64,000 nucleotides of DNA from Squalus acanthias (lineage: Eukaryota), in the NCBI GenBank assembly GCA_030390025.1, contig CM059435.1:81468001-81532000 (forward strand), in the 5' to 3' direction. Made by a program: the position numbers and the translations under genes. Shown piece by piece: positions 12,021 to 24,869 of this stretch (positions within the stretch are counted from its first letter, which is position 1; each line of letters starts with the position of its first letter). A model generated the notes under the pieces. It made no database searches. It was not told the DNA's origin and saw only the letters and a list, made by a program, of their open reading frames with translations.

Positions 12021-14367
12021 GTTTGATTCACTGATAAAAAAAACAAGTTCTGTTCTGTGAATCTTTCCTCATAAATCCCAAGTCTGTAAATTCTACTACT
12101 CCGCACTATTACCATAATTCATCTGACGCCCAATCACGAAGGAAAATAGGTTTACATCCCCATGACTTTTAATTTAGAGAACTCATAAACGGAAATAGCC
12201 TTGTGTCCTAATGAAATGTAATCTCGTTGTATCATTAAGAGCAAAGGCACTGGACTTAACTTTCAAAATCTGTTTTTTTTTAATGACCAACACAATTCCG
12301 GTTCGAGTGTTGAACAAAATGAATGTTTCTTACTGGATCTTCAAAGTCAATGATCAGCCCTAAGGATTCTTCCGAGATGCCAGCAAATGTGTTCTTAATT
12401 ACACGCTCCAATGACATTTAATATCGTTTACCCTCATAACTCGATTATTTAAAAGTCCAGTTCGCAACTGCAAAGTAATTGTTGCTTTTATTTCAATGTT
12501 CTGGAGAGTGCTGTATATTTGTTCTCCAGCTGCATCTAACATCAACCGAATGGGAGAAAAGGAGCTTGTTTTCTGTCTATGCAACAGCCTGCTTAATATA
12601 CTCCCAAATATCAAATCCATATCAGTTCCCTGAAAGCCCATTCAAAACTCGTCGTTCTGTGACTCTGAAAAGACGAGAGTATGGCAATCATTCTGGTCTC
12701 AACTCCACACAAACCTGTTGGGTAGAATAATTAGAAGGAGATGCTCACCCGGATCTTTGGATATCCTTTCAATTCAGGTTGCTCGCGCTCAAATCTCCTC
12801 CCATTCCATGGCAACAAGCGGTTTCAAAATAGATTTCAATGTAATGTTATTTTTGATACTAGATTGGCTGAGCTATGTTGTACTTGTTCATAGTGATTGA
12901 TATTCACGTTACCACGTTAAAGACAGCTGGCTACACGGAAAAGTTTTGGCGAAATCAAAAAAGTCATAGCGTCTCTGACAAGTGATGTGATCGCGGTCCC
13001 ACTTCCTGCTCCGGCACCTGTGAGAGTCCCTCTTCAAACGTTTAGAATAGAAAATGATCTAACGGTGTGTGTGGAATTCTACATTTAGATACAGCAAGAA
13101 TGAAAAGTTGGATTAATATTAAATGCTTCCTGAAAATCCAAATGACACTGGGGAGGGGGCGTTCGACAGTTCTGGAAAAGTAAAATATTAAAAGATGCTC
13201 GAATGCTATGCAACTAATTTAAGGTGTCTTGGTGCCGAAAAAGATCGAAAAGAGCATTTGTTGTTATTTTGATCCATCTACTCCAGAGACTTTTTTTTAA
13301 AATGAAAACGTTTTGTTGGGAAGTTGTCCTTCTCCTCGAGGTAGTTTCTCGGCGATGTTCTCGGAAATGAAGCGGTTAATATTCAGAATATAACCAGCTC
13401 CACATCCGCTCAGCCGCACAGTGAAACAGGATGAATGGATGTTGGAGAAAAGAGGGACTCACATTTAACCATTTTCCAAATTGCGTTGGGTGTGTTTTCT
13501 GGAATGATGCGGTTTGCCAGCGGCGCCAAATACACTGAATTAAAATGCTTGAAATAACTAAATCCTAAAATAACGCCAAAATACAGCAATTAGTCTGTCT
13601 GTTTGAAAAGCAGCAAATCCACCAATGTGGTGACCTTCACGGTAAACAAGCTGCGCTCCACACCATCTCAAAGGTTTTGTGAGCGAGTTTTAAAATACTC
13701 CATTCGAAATAGCGCAGGCTATAAGTAAAGGAGGGACTGTCCTTCGTTCTGACCCGTTACAAAATTAGCGACAGTCCAAAGAAGAGAATGATATTTTCTG
13801 GATATACGCCCAACTTTAAAAGAAGCAGATCCTTGAAGATGCGGCGTGAGGGGGTTTAACTCTGTTCTTTGGACTGCCTGTCTGCTCTCTGTCTTTAAAC
13901 TGGGGCTTTGAAGTTAATGAGCTAATGGTTCAGAAACAGACTTTTACACACGGAAACTGAAGAGACCAAGGGCCAGGTATCGACGGGATTGTAAAGTATG
14001 TCCATGTTTCCAAATGTCTTATGTTTGAATAACTTTTCTACTTACCTGTATTATCTAGTTTAAATAGGACAGCGCCACCTTAGGACGTGGAGGCATATCG
14101 AAATGGTTTCTTGTGGGGTTATTTGGGAAAGAGGACACTGAATAATCCCACTGGAATAGTAGGATGTACAATGGTACTAAGTCTAATGATAATCTGGGGT
14201 GTACATGGCACTGACAGATGAGTAATACAAACACGGCTGAAGGACAAACTCCATAGGATCTAATCTCTAGAACATTGGTTCTCTATAGAATCATGGAAAG
14301 AACGCCATTATCTTAAATTGCAGTTCACCTTGGCATTGACTTATTACAGTGCACACCTCTCACGCAT

Positions 14368-14730
14368 GTGTCAGCTTGGATCAGTAGTATTACTCTGGCC
14401 TGAGTCTGATGGTTGTGGACTCAAGCTCCATTACAGGACTTGAGAGCACATAAGTACTGAGAGAATGCTACATTGGTGGAGGTGCCATCTTTGAGATGAG
14501 ACGTTAAACCTAGGCCTATCTGGCTGCTCAGGTGGCCAAAGATCCCATAGCCTTATACTATGAACAGGAAGCTCTCCAGAGGCCCTGGCCAATATTTAAC
14601 TCTCAAGCATTATTTCCGCGTTTGCCTACATAATAGTAGTGCCTACATTTCAAGTAACTCATTGGCAGTAAAGCCTTTTGGGACGTGAACGGTGCTATCT
14701 GTATTCTGTATATATAAGTTCTTGCTTTCG
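14368..14730 (+). mobile_element. Deu-domain SINE
   Basis: tRNA-like head, Deu core ggaggtgccatctttgagatgagacgttaaacc, L2-like tail. Confidence 0.82.
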
Positions 14731-16057
14731 GAGTTACTGCAGCACCATGATGACCGCCATTGAGTTACACCATTTAAGAATATGCACTACGGAAAGTCTA
14801 TTGCACAAAATAGTTTATTTGCCAAAGTTGTCCTTTGTATCAACAATGAAATTGTTTATGGCTACTTTGAGTGCAACCTCGGTTACAACAAACTCTGATT
14901 ATAAACCAGCCTTTAAAACAACTCCTACTCTCCCCCGGTTCCAGTAGAAGCTACACTGTATCAATAAAGCAGCTCAAGTCTCATGAAGAGGAAGCTCCGA
15001 TAAGAGTTGGAGTTCATCAGGAGTTTATAATGTGAGGACGCACTGTTACTATGCTGTGGACTGTTGCGCATTTAACAGTTTACAAATGGCGATAGGCTGC
15101 AAAGTGCTAAAATTAAATCTATTGACGGTATTGTTATAGTTTTTCGATTAAACATATTTTACATTGTTATCACTTCTTCCTGTCCATTTCTGTAATACAA
15201 ACAATGCAACTAATCTACTCACTTCTGATAGACTTTGATTCATTCCTGGATATTAGATATCTCGAATGCTCAGGTTCTGTGCTACTCCTTATCTTCCAAT
15301 GATCCGTTTCCTGATAAAGGTTGAGTAACTCGATTTATTTTATGAAATACCCATAAAATATTGTTACACACATACATGTACACTTTCCATAACGGTCTCC
15401 CCTTTTAAAAATAATAGGAATTTAAGGATTAATCTCACCTGAAATAGACAAACAAACCATCTCAGATTCATTGCACTGGAACACTATTTCATCGCACCTG
15501 CATCGTGATGATCTTTGTCATTGTACAAATTGAGAGTATAATTCTGTGCTGCAACTGTGGGATGTGCTGGCTTTGGAGAGTTCTACTCTTTGTTTCAACG
15601 TAACAAACTACAGGAGGAAAAAAACTGCATTTGTTCCTGCTGTGATCCCAAACTAGAAATCGCATGCTATCACTGGTGTGTGACCTGGCCCCGCCATTCC
15701 AAAACCATCCAGTATTTCGTTCGCTGCTTCAGTCACAAAAAACGAAATCCGAACGCTAACTTGGCAGCAGAGATCAGACTAGATTGCGAGCTCGACCGGT
15801 TCCAGGGGTTGCTTTTGATTATTCCTGTACATAAAGTGTACATTTCTTTGATATTTACTACTTGTTTACCTGATGAATTCGTAGCATCGGCAACTTTGTT
15901 TATACCCACCCAATATCATTGATTGTAGCACATGTTGGTTTGCCACGTATTGTGTAACAGCTATTGCTTCGGCACAAATGAATTGTAACCTTTTATTTAA
16001 TAAACTCGTCAAGGACATATTTTTTGAAACCTGGCTAGATAAGTTACATTACAACAT

Positions 16058-16162
16058 ACGTTACAACAGTGACTACACTCCAAAAGTACTTCATTGGCTG
16101 TAAAGCGCTTTGGGACGTCTGGTGGTCGTGAAAGGCGCGATAGCAATGCAAGTATTTCTTTA
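16058..16162 (+). mobile_element. SINE 3' tail fragment (Deu-SINE/L2 tail)
   Basis: ttacaacagtgactacact...ttcattggctgtaaagcgctttgggacgtc...gtgaaaggcgcgatagcaatgcaagt. Confidence 0.75.
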
Positions 16163-16719
16163 TAAGCGGTGTAACGTATATCACTCCTCCAAAATAAACC
16201 TGTGTAAAATGTAATTGGTGTAATTAAAGCAATTGTAATAACGATCTTCCATTTGCGAAGTCTTATGCAGCCATTTTCTTTATTTCAAACGTTAAATACC
16301 CTAAATTATTCAATAATATATAAAGAGGATCGTTCATATGCCAGTTGATATATCGTATAGCCTCCACAAAATGGACCAGTAGGCGTTATTTAAAGATAAA
16401 GGGAATAATAATGTTATGTTTTGTGAAATTAATATAAATTCATTGATTCGCAAAAAATATATTTCTCCAAATTCGTTTCTCATTGGAACATAGTTGTGTA
16501 TTTTCCCGAACGTCGCCTTTTAAGCATAACAGGAAGCCCAATCCCCTTCTACAAAAGATCCAGTAAAAGTGTTGGGATATCTCTTTCGCAATGCCATGTG
16601 GTTTATATGTAGATAGAACAAACAGAGGAAATTATTGACTGGCCCATCAGGATAATGCATTAATCACAAATGAACAAGGAGCAAGGCACACGGTGTAACT
16701 TGGCCCATTTGTTTGTACA

Positions 16720-16935
16720 TAAGTACAAATACTGTTGTGTATAGACCTGTATGCAGGCATGCCTATATCCATGTAGGCGTGTCCTATAATCATGTTTGTG
16801 TATTTCAGCTGTAGATATGTTTGTCTGTACACATACATGTATGTGCAAGTATAAATCTGTGTGCTCGTGTATTCGCGCGCATATCTAGGAGTGGAACTCT
16901 ATATATAGATAAATATAAAATACATTTCATATACA
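16720..16935. repeat. TG/TA-rich low-complexity tract
   Basis: Degenerate tgta/tgtg/tata repeats. Confidence 0.5.
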
Positions 16936-17809
16936 GTATATAACAGTCCTCCAAAGCAGCACAATGCCGTACTTAAGAATAAACTATTGTCAGATATCAC
17001 TTTGAGTAACACAGCTGATCAATAAATTGGAAGCCTATGTTCTCGAACACATGTCGTTTCACAGGGAAATACGAATGTGACCACGAAAAAATAATTAGCG
17101 AATTCGCTTCCTAAAGAAGTCTTCAAAAGAGACTTCAACATATTGCAAAGGTGTTCAGGAAATTTAGAACTGTTCAAAATTGGTGTAAAAATTGAGGGAA
17201 ATTCAAGTTTATTCTGATATGAAATTCGCTGGTTTTCACTTTGTTAGAAAGGCAGGGATAAAATGTTCCACAATTCTGTCAACAGACTGGGAGGTCCAAT
17301 TTTACCCCGGGTAATCGGAAAGCCTCGGATAAAGATTTCAAGTGAAAGAAACTTAAGCAAAATCGAGTCTGAAAGCTCGGCTATGGGCGCTGAACGGACG
17401 AGATAACCGAAACATTTGGATGATTTCGGAAATGTGGGTGGGTACAGGACAGGCGGTGTGTGTGGCGGAGGGATGGCTGGAGAATTTGTGATGGTGAAGT
17501 GTTTTTAATTGCTTTTAACTGCTTTATTCAGGTATTATTTTCTACTTATTGTTATTGTTGGGGCGAATGAGCACAACGTTATAACACGACCAATACCTAA
17601 AATAGAGTACCCCGAAACTCGGAAACTCTAATCTTCCCGGATTTCATTTGCAGTTTCAACCCTGATAAAAATGTATCAATACTAACTCCCCCTCCCCTCT
17701 AGTTTTTTTTAAGCTTTGACAGTAATACTACATTTGTTTTGTTGTGAATGACTTTAATTTATATTTGAGATCCGGGACAGCCTCGCTTTAAGGCGTTAAC
17801 CTGTCACTG

Positions 17810-17860
17810 GGCTGTGCGCAGGGCGGCGGGGACAGCGAGTGCGCAGGCGCGGCTCTCTGT
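17810..17860 (+). promoter_or_regulatory. Core promoter: GC box and NRF1-like site
   Basis: GGGCGGCGGGG at 17821-17831 and TGCGCAGGCGCG at 17840-17851, at the CpG peak, followed by leader-like sequence. Confidence 0.55.
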
Positions 17861-19118
17861 CTCAGGTAGCAGTGTGAAGTCAGTCGGAGTCCGGGAGCAG
17901 CGCTTTACTGAAACGAGTCTGCTCAACTTCAGCAGCTTGACCTCCAACCACCGGACCTCGGCACACAGGCGAGGACAATGTCTCCTGCACAAAGATCAAG
18001 CAGCAACGAGTCGAGCTTCCACTGATCCAAAAGGGGCGGAGAGAGGGGAAAGCGCCAGCTAGATAAGGCAGAGTTCCTTTTTAAAAAAACAATAAGGCAG
18101 AAAAAAAGTTTTTGAAAACTTTTGCGATACTTTGCAGAAGTTCGCACGTTCAACTATAAGTGTACTTCAGAGATATACCTGCCCCCCCCGGGGGGCTGAG
18201 AGTGGCCGTCGGCTCAACGCGATTCTTGGGCTGCTGGATGTGTTACTTTGTCAAAGTGAGGGGTGCATGTGTGGACCAAAATAGCCAGTTAGTGGAGACT
18301 GGGAACTCGAGAAGAGATCCGAGTGATCGCAGCTGGGAGCATTGGAAGTGGGGATTGAATCGATTTGCTGTTGGTGGAGAAGGTTACTAAAAAAAAACCG
18401 CCCGGGAGAGAAGGTACTTTGTGTGAGCCTTGTGATTTGTTTCAAGTGGGCTCACGTTTTCAGCATTTTCTTCAGCAATTCATGTGACAGCCAGTTTGTG
18501 AAATGGCTGAACCGCGTTACAACCGAGCCGGGCTCTGACAGACAAGGCTGGCAAACAAAAATACACAAACAACACGGAATTGATGAAGTGACACTCGATT
18601 TGAAAACAAATAATAGCTCAGTCCCTCGGGTAAAATAGCCTGCGTCCAGAGGGAAGGTACAATAACAATAATTCAAATACAAAACAAAAAGTAAAAGCTT
18701 GCAAAACCAAAAGCTAACTTCAGTCATAAGACAAAAGTGGAATAAAGTACCAGAGTTGCAGAAAAAAACCTAACAAGCAGTGATAAGGGGGAGAGATCGG
18801 CTGAATGTGTGTGAGGGGGAAGTGAGAACGAGAGGAGTTCAAGGGTTGGTACGTCTGCCGGATCTCTTTATGTGCTGGTGTTGGTGTGGAGTTATGGATC
18901 TAAACCTGAAAGAGTTTCAATAACAGGTGCAACATGCTCACACAAGCCAGCTCCATTCCTCTTACTGCCCTGGAATCCTGAGAACCAACTGCTTCATGGT
19001 GACTTTGTTGGCTTCTTCATCCTGAGAATTTGATTGTAGCCAGCACACTGCTTTCCAATAGAAGAAGTCTGATTAACCGCAAGAGCTTGGATATTTACCA
19101 GTAATCCTGACCCTGAAC

Positions 19119-19124
19119 ATGCAG
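19119..19124 (+). CDS. Probable first coding exon end (Met-Gln) of a gene with a long 5'UTR and a first coding intron >44 kb
   Basis: gaacATGCAG|GTGAGT: A at -3, near-consensus phase-0 donor, in-frame TAA at 19074-19076, 1.3 kb downstream of the CpG promoter; no downstream exon recognised in the window. Confidence 0.45.
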
Positions 19125-22100
19125 GTGAGTGTTCACCTCCCCTCTAGTCTGTTGCTTTTAAGGAAGCGAGAGATGTGAAAATGAATGAGAAGTATTTATT
19201 ATGGATGAACATAAAACGTTAGATTGGTGTTGAAAATGGTCTTATTGTTACTATAAATTGTTTGCACTTGACAGCAGAATGCTGCAGAATGGATGCAGTA
19301 TTGTTCTCCTGCTACATAGGTGTTTATTTTACTTTGTTTGGAGTGTATGTTTGCAGAGTTGAAACAGAACATTGATAAGATGCCTTTATCACTCAGCCCA
19401 TCTCCCAATCTGGGACTACTTTCCCCCTATACTGCATTTAGTTTTTCATTTCCCCAGTGAATGTCATTTTACTTTTTCCCCTAATTGTTCTATCGCTGTT
19501 CTTTTACTTCTGAGTTCACGCCTTCAAAAATTACTGGGAAAGAATTTCATGCAAACTGTAATCTCAATCGACGTGGAGTAATAATAATCTCAATAATCTA
19601 AACCTCTATAAAGCAAATATCTGCTTTAGTGGAATTCAGTTGTATTTGAGCTGCAACGTTTAAAGCTCTTCTCAATGTCTAATTCACAACAATGCCTTGC
19701 CTTTACAGACAGTTTACCTTCCTGTGTTCCATACATTTGTTCAAATATTACATGAACATTTTAAATGTTTAGTTCATTCTTCGAGTTTAAGTAAGGAATA
19801 AAGTGTTCCAAGCACTCTGTGTTGTTCCTCCTACCTACACACACTTGTCTGATTTGAACTTTGCTGTGTCCTACTTTTCTCCATAGTACATAATCTCGGG
19901 CGGTTCTATGTACCAAAATATCTGTCGGTAGTTTTCAAGTCTAACAGAAGATTAACTCAGTGAGTTCTCATTTTGAGGACATTTGGATCCACGACGACCC
20001 TCCTCCCCTCAAAAAAAAATCTACGGCTGCTGAAGGAAGACAAACCATTAACGGAGCGACTGGTTTTAAATGGAAGAAGCGAGTTTCTCCTTGGAAACTG
20101 ACATTGACACACATGTGCCTTACAGCTGTAATGTGGTAGGCTTTGGTTGGTTGCGAAGGGGGAGGCTGGCTGTGCCTGGTGGTTGTTATATTGGTTGGAA
20201 GGGATAAGAACATTAACTACCGCATGCTTAAATTGAAAGAGTGGAGTGACAGGCGATCTCTGCTGGTTTCAGTGATCGGGGTACGATCTATGAAATTGAT
20301 CTCTTTGTGTGTGTGTGAAGGGGAGGGGGAGGCCCTGAGTCGGTTTACAGACCCCCCCCCCCCCCCCCAATCTGATTTAGCCCATGTTCCCTTGGGGTGG
20401 TGGGGGGATAGCCCTGTAATGTGTCCGGATCAGTCCGTGGCTCCAGCACGTTTTCTGGCTGATTGAAATGCTTTGTGAAGCAATTTAAACAAGAACATGC
20501 CGAGCTCGGGAATACCGCTCTCAAAATGTCGCGTAACACGAAAAGGGCCAGCTCCGGGCGTTTACAGGAGAGAGGGATTTCACAAAACTTTTCATGGGAG
20601 GCTTTGCAAGAACAAGCGTTACATTCGTGCTTATCGAGTGCGAGTGTAAAGTGGTGGTTATTATATTTAAACCTTTCGATAGTTACTAACCATCAGACTG
20701 CTAAGTAACTTCGAATAGCGCGGAAGTAAAGCTTTTTTGTGTAATATAATACAATATATTTCTATAACCAATGAAGTGGTCATCACCAAGTACTTTAAAC
20801 TTTAATTTCTTTTTAAAGGCTGCAGAAGTTATTTCCCGACGTGTGGTTCCACACTAAACTAAAGATAGGTGAAGCGTGTAGGTATTTTAAATGGTTCAGA
20901 TGAAGTCAATAAAGGGGACGATGTTGCCCAGTATTGATTCAAACCAGATCTGCGTTAAGTCAGACTGCGGGCCCTGATCCAGACAAGACCCCCCTCCCTC
21001 CCCCCTCCCGAGCAAAGGGCTCCCCACTCCCGGCACACCAGCGCTGCCTTCTCATCTCGCCAGGGTGTGAAAGTCGCGGAGCTGGGCGGCCAGTTTCAGG
21101 GCAGCACTCCACCATCACCGGCGCTTCTGAAAGGCGACACAGAACTCGAATGGAGAGAGATTGGTGGCAACTGTGTGTTTTAGTGCACAATTCATCATTC
21201 CCATCGTGTGCTCACTCACTATTCATGGCCATGATAAAAAAAAACACTTTTTTTATGCCAAACTAATTGTACTGGATCCATTTATTCCGATTGCGCCCAG
21301 TTGAATGGTTTATCTGTATAATGAAGAGAGCGCGGGCGATCCGCAGTGTCCTTTACAATCAGGGTAAATCAGCTCGACCTGTTGGCAATTTTCACGCACC
21401 AAGTCTTGCAGATTTTGGAGACATTCTCGATGATTTCACATGGTATTTTGTAAGTAGGCAGAAGTTTAAATAGCAGAGACTGTGATGCGGTTCGGCAAAG
21501 GGGTCGATAGAAGTGGAAAACAAGTCGTTTAACATCGGGCATTTTCCATGGAGTGAATTAACATTGCTTTAACTAAGAACATTAATTGAAGTGATGGGTG
21601 TATAATATGCACTCAAGTGAGCCCACCACGAGTCATTTCTGTCAGATCAAAGAGAGTTTAAATATGCGAGTGCCCCAAACTCATCCAGCAGAGCACAGAA
21701 TGAGGGGGAAAGGGAGACTCCAGAAACCAATCGGACCCAGCTTCTCCAGATCCAACACCAAGTTCATTCATCCGCAAAACTTCCCGAGTTCGCGTGATCA
21801 GATTTCAAAAAGTCCAGAAATCCCAGAGCTAACCTGTAGCGAATGTTGCCTCTCGCTGGCAGAACTCTGTTACTGCAGCTCTTTCCTGGCCGGATTGGGA
21901 TTTTGGGAAAGAAGTGTTTCCTCCCCGTGTTTAAAGTGGTTACCTAGTTCTGTGCGATAATCAGTTCGAAGAACGAATCAACATAACATCCTAATTCATT
22001 TCAAAAGGAACATTTAACTGTAAAGCAATGAACATTGACACCGAAAAATAAACCTCATAAATGATTAATATCTGTGTGTTTAATCCACGGGTCAAATCGC

Positions 22101-22339
22101 AAAGTATCATCCATTTCCCGTTATATATAAATCTTGATCGAATCGCACAATCCCAATTTATCACCAGTCCTCCCATTACACATAAATCCTCTTCCAATGA
22201 CTCGATTTCAATGTCCCATCCGCTCCCATGACAGAGAAACTCCGATCCAATTACACAGTTGCCGTTGTTCCATCTACGTCCATTCACAGAACTCCTGATT
22301 AACTTGTGTCATCCCTTTGTACCATCAATACTACTTTAA

Positions 22340-22710
22340 AGCCATCTTGATCTGGCTTAGTTGGAATTGTGCTGCCTGGTGTGAAATTCAGCCACACAGA
22401 CCAGGAATGTCCACAGTTCAATCCCCCAGCCAGTGCTACATCAGCTGATGGTGTGGTGATTTCCCTTCACATTCCTGGGCTTGAGAAGCGAAAACTAGCC
22501 AAGCTCCTGCTCTTGATAAGGACCCAGTGACCCCTGTTGGAAGGTGCAATTGTCTGAATGCTGGGTGAGGACAGGATTGGGCTCAACTGTGATGCCACCA
22601 GTGGTCAGGGAAGCCTGCCAGCACTTGTTTAGTCTCGCACTAGTCAAGAACGACAACTTGTATGAGATGCTGGAGGTTGGCCGGTGTCTGTAGAACATAT
22701 ATCCGCATGA
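22340..22710 (+). mobile_element. Unclassified SINE-like repeat (resumes at 23255-23290 after a Penelope insertion)
   Basis: Same family as 2310-2740 and 36130-36780. Confidence 0.55.
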
Positions 22711-23239
22711 AACAACAACAGAAAACGCTGGAAAAACTCAGCACCTCATCTTCCGATTAGGCACTTTACAGCCTTCCGGACTCAATATCGAGTTCAACAA
22801 TTTCAGATCATAACCTCGGCCCCTACCACACATATATATATATATACATTTTATCCACCCTTTTGGTTTGTGCCTTTTCCCTTTTTTTTCTCTCTCCCCC
22901 ACAGCAGCTGTCTCTCATTCTGCCAGCATTTCACACTTCACACTTCTGAGCCACCTTTTGTTTCTTAACCTGTCCTATTACCATCTCGTCTTGCCTTGAG
23001 CATCTCTTAATGTCTCTACTTACCATAGACCACCCCTTTTGTTCTTTTATTTCTCCCCCCAGCCTCCCCCTTGCTTTTTTATCTGTTTCATTTCCTGCTT
23101 TTTTCTCAGTTCTGACGAAGGGTTTCGACCTGAAACGTTAACTCTGTTTCTCTCTCCACGGATGTTGCCTGGCCTGCTGAGTTTTTCCAGCATTTTCTGT
23201 TGTTGTTTCAATTTTCTAGCATCCGCAGTATTTTGCTAT
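22711..23239 (+). mobile_element. 5'-truncated Penelope-like element (family A) with inverted terminal segment
   Basis: GIY-YIG-type C-terminus HLIFRLGTLQPSGLNIEFNNFRS* at 22742-22813; 36-bp inverted repeat 22708-22743 vs 23175-23210 (1 mismatch); 15-bp TSD 22696-22710 / 23240-23254 (2 mismatches). Confidence 0.88.
23108..23143 (+). ncRNA. Minimal type I hammerhead ribozyme motif (family A)
   Basis: AGTT-CTGACGA-AGGGT TTCG ACCT-GAAA-CGTT-AACT: stem I AGTT/AACT, stem II with TTCG loop, palindromic stem III AACGTT, GUU cleavage triplet. Confidence 0.72.
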
Positions 23240-23467
23240 CATACATCTGCATGAGTCAGCTTCAGTAGAGGAGGGGAAAACATCAAACAAAAAAACTCCT
23301 GATGAAGTCACAATATATCTTTCCTATTCAGTTCTACCATAAAAGGAACAATCTTGACATAACCAGAGAATCTGAGATAGACATATAATTCTGATATGGC
23401 TACCAAATTTATGAGGAAATTAGTTTAGCTTTTATTAATAGATAAAGTTTATGGTAGAATGCATACT

Positions 23468-23830
23468 TGCATTTGACAACCTCCACTGGCTCCCTGTTCT
23501 CCAAAACACAGAATTCAAAATTCTTATCCTCGTTTATAAATCCCTGACTGACCTCACTCTTCCCTATTTCTGTAACGTCCTCCAGTCATGGATCCCAGTC
23601 TGTACCCTTCAGCCTCAGAATTACTTCCGTAAACCTCTTTGTTGTACTACTTTTCTGTACATCTTTAAAAGCTTCCTCACAACATCCTGCTCAAAACCTA
23701 TCTTTTCAACCGTACTTTTGGTTACCGCTCTACATTACAACAACGACAACATTTCAAAAGTACTTTATTGGCTGTGGCGCACTTTGGGATGTCCTGGACA
23801 TGGAAAGGACTATTTAAATGAAAGTTTCTC
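23468..23830 (+). mobile_element. L2 3' fragment plus SINE tail
   Basis: LHWLPVLQNTEFKILILVYKSL; Deu-SINE-type tail at 23725-23825. Confidence 0.8.
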
Positions 23831-23905
23831 TTCCCCTCCTCCTCCTTCCTCCTCCTCCACTTTCTCCTCTTCATCCTCCTCCTCTTCTTTCTCCTCCTTT
23901 TCTTC
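23826..23905. repeat. (CCT/TCT)n pyrimidine-rich microsatellite
   Basis: cctcctcctccttcctcctcctcc... seen directly. Confidence 0.9.
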
Positions 23906-24869
23906 CGTGGCATCTATTCCTCTTTAAATCACCTTGGGATATTTTGTGTAAGTCACTATACAAATGTAAGTTGTTATGAATGTATAACTGCCTGCATCAG
24001 AAGAGCTTCATTCACTAGCGTTCAAATGCTGATTACATTTTAATGTTTACAGAGAGCTGACTGTCTTGTTGGCTCTCTGCTAACTGTAAGAATTGAAAAA
24101 AATGAAGGTTGGAGCATCTGCAACTTTTAAACTTCACTTTGCTACAATGGGTTGTAAAGCTGAAGCTGTGTTAGATTGTATCTTTTACCTATATGTGCTT
24201 TGGGTGGTTTCACATTTGAACTACGCTTCACACTGTTTGCACTGATGCAGACCATTTACTTTTACTGACCTATAAGCATGTGAGTGAATTGGAGCATTTT
24301 TTGTTTGTGTATGCGTTGGTGACTGTGTATGTACATGTGTGTTAATGAGCATGAATAAGTGATTGAATGCATGAGCATACTAGTGAGTTCAGTCTAAGTT
24401 ATATCTGAATGTCCTGAACTCAGGATAAGATGTCCAAATCATGAATAAAGCTGAACAAGAACAGAATGATGTTAGTTAAATGAGGCTATTATTAGATAAA
24501 GAGTCAATGAGGTCACTTGAACAGGACTGGAAACAGAAGTGAGATATTAAAAGAGAACATTTTCTGTGTAATACTGGCCATTAAAAATAATCAAACCCAA
24601 ATAATATGAACATTACTGTAATTTTAGGATTATTATTAAACACATGAAAGGCCAATGCATTTTGTCTACATCAACTGATTTTAACTGTACTTCCTAGGGT
24701 TCCTGCCCAGATTACAAAGTCTAAACCAAGATTAATTACAGTGCAGTTATATTGCCACTTTCACATCAATGCAAAGTGGTTTCACCAAAGTACATTACTA
24801 CTCAGATTCAGGTCACTGCACTATAAGTAACCTTCAAAAGATGTTAACATTTTTATAATTTTAACTCTT

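Larger units (their letters stand above)
12100..22300. promoter_or_regulatory. Broad CpG-retaining, TE-depleted domain (non-methylated-island-like)
   Basis: CG dinucleotides visibly much more frequent than in the flanks; only two short SINE remnants recognised in 10 kb; surrounds the promoter at 17.8 kb. Confidence 0.65.

Noticed and set aside
14067-14076. GGACAGCGCC, right half of a REST/RE1 site
   Set aside because: The left half (TCAGCACC) is absent; a lone half-site is weak evidence.
17804-18727. Several 60-98 aa ORFs in the promoter/leader region
   Set aside because: No recognisable domains, overlapping on both strands, mostly non-ATG starts; expected in GC-richer leader DNA.
23299-23320. 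Other CTGATGA matches (also ~4752, ~15870, ~46484, ~53535, ~63049) as hammerheads
   Set aside because: No stem II followed by GAAA and no stem I pairing.
23722-23913. Arg/Lys-rich protamine-like ORF
   Set aside because: It is the translation of a CCT/TCT microsatellite.
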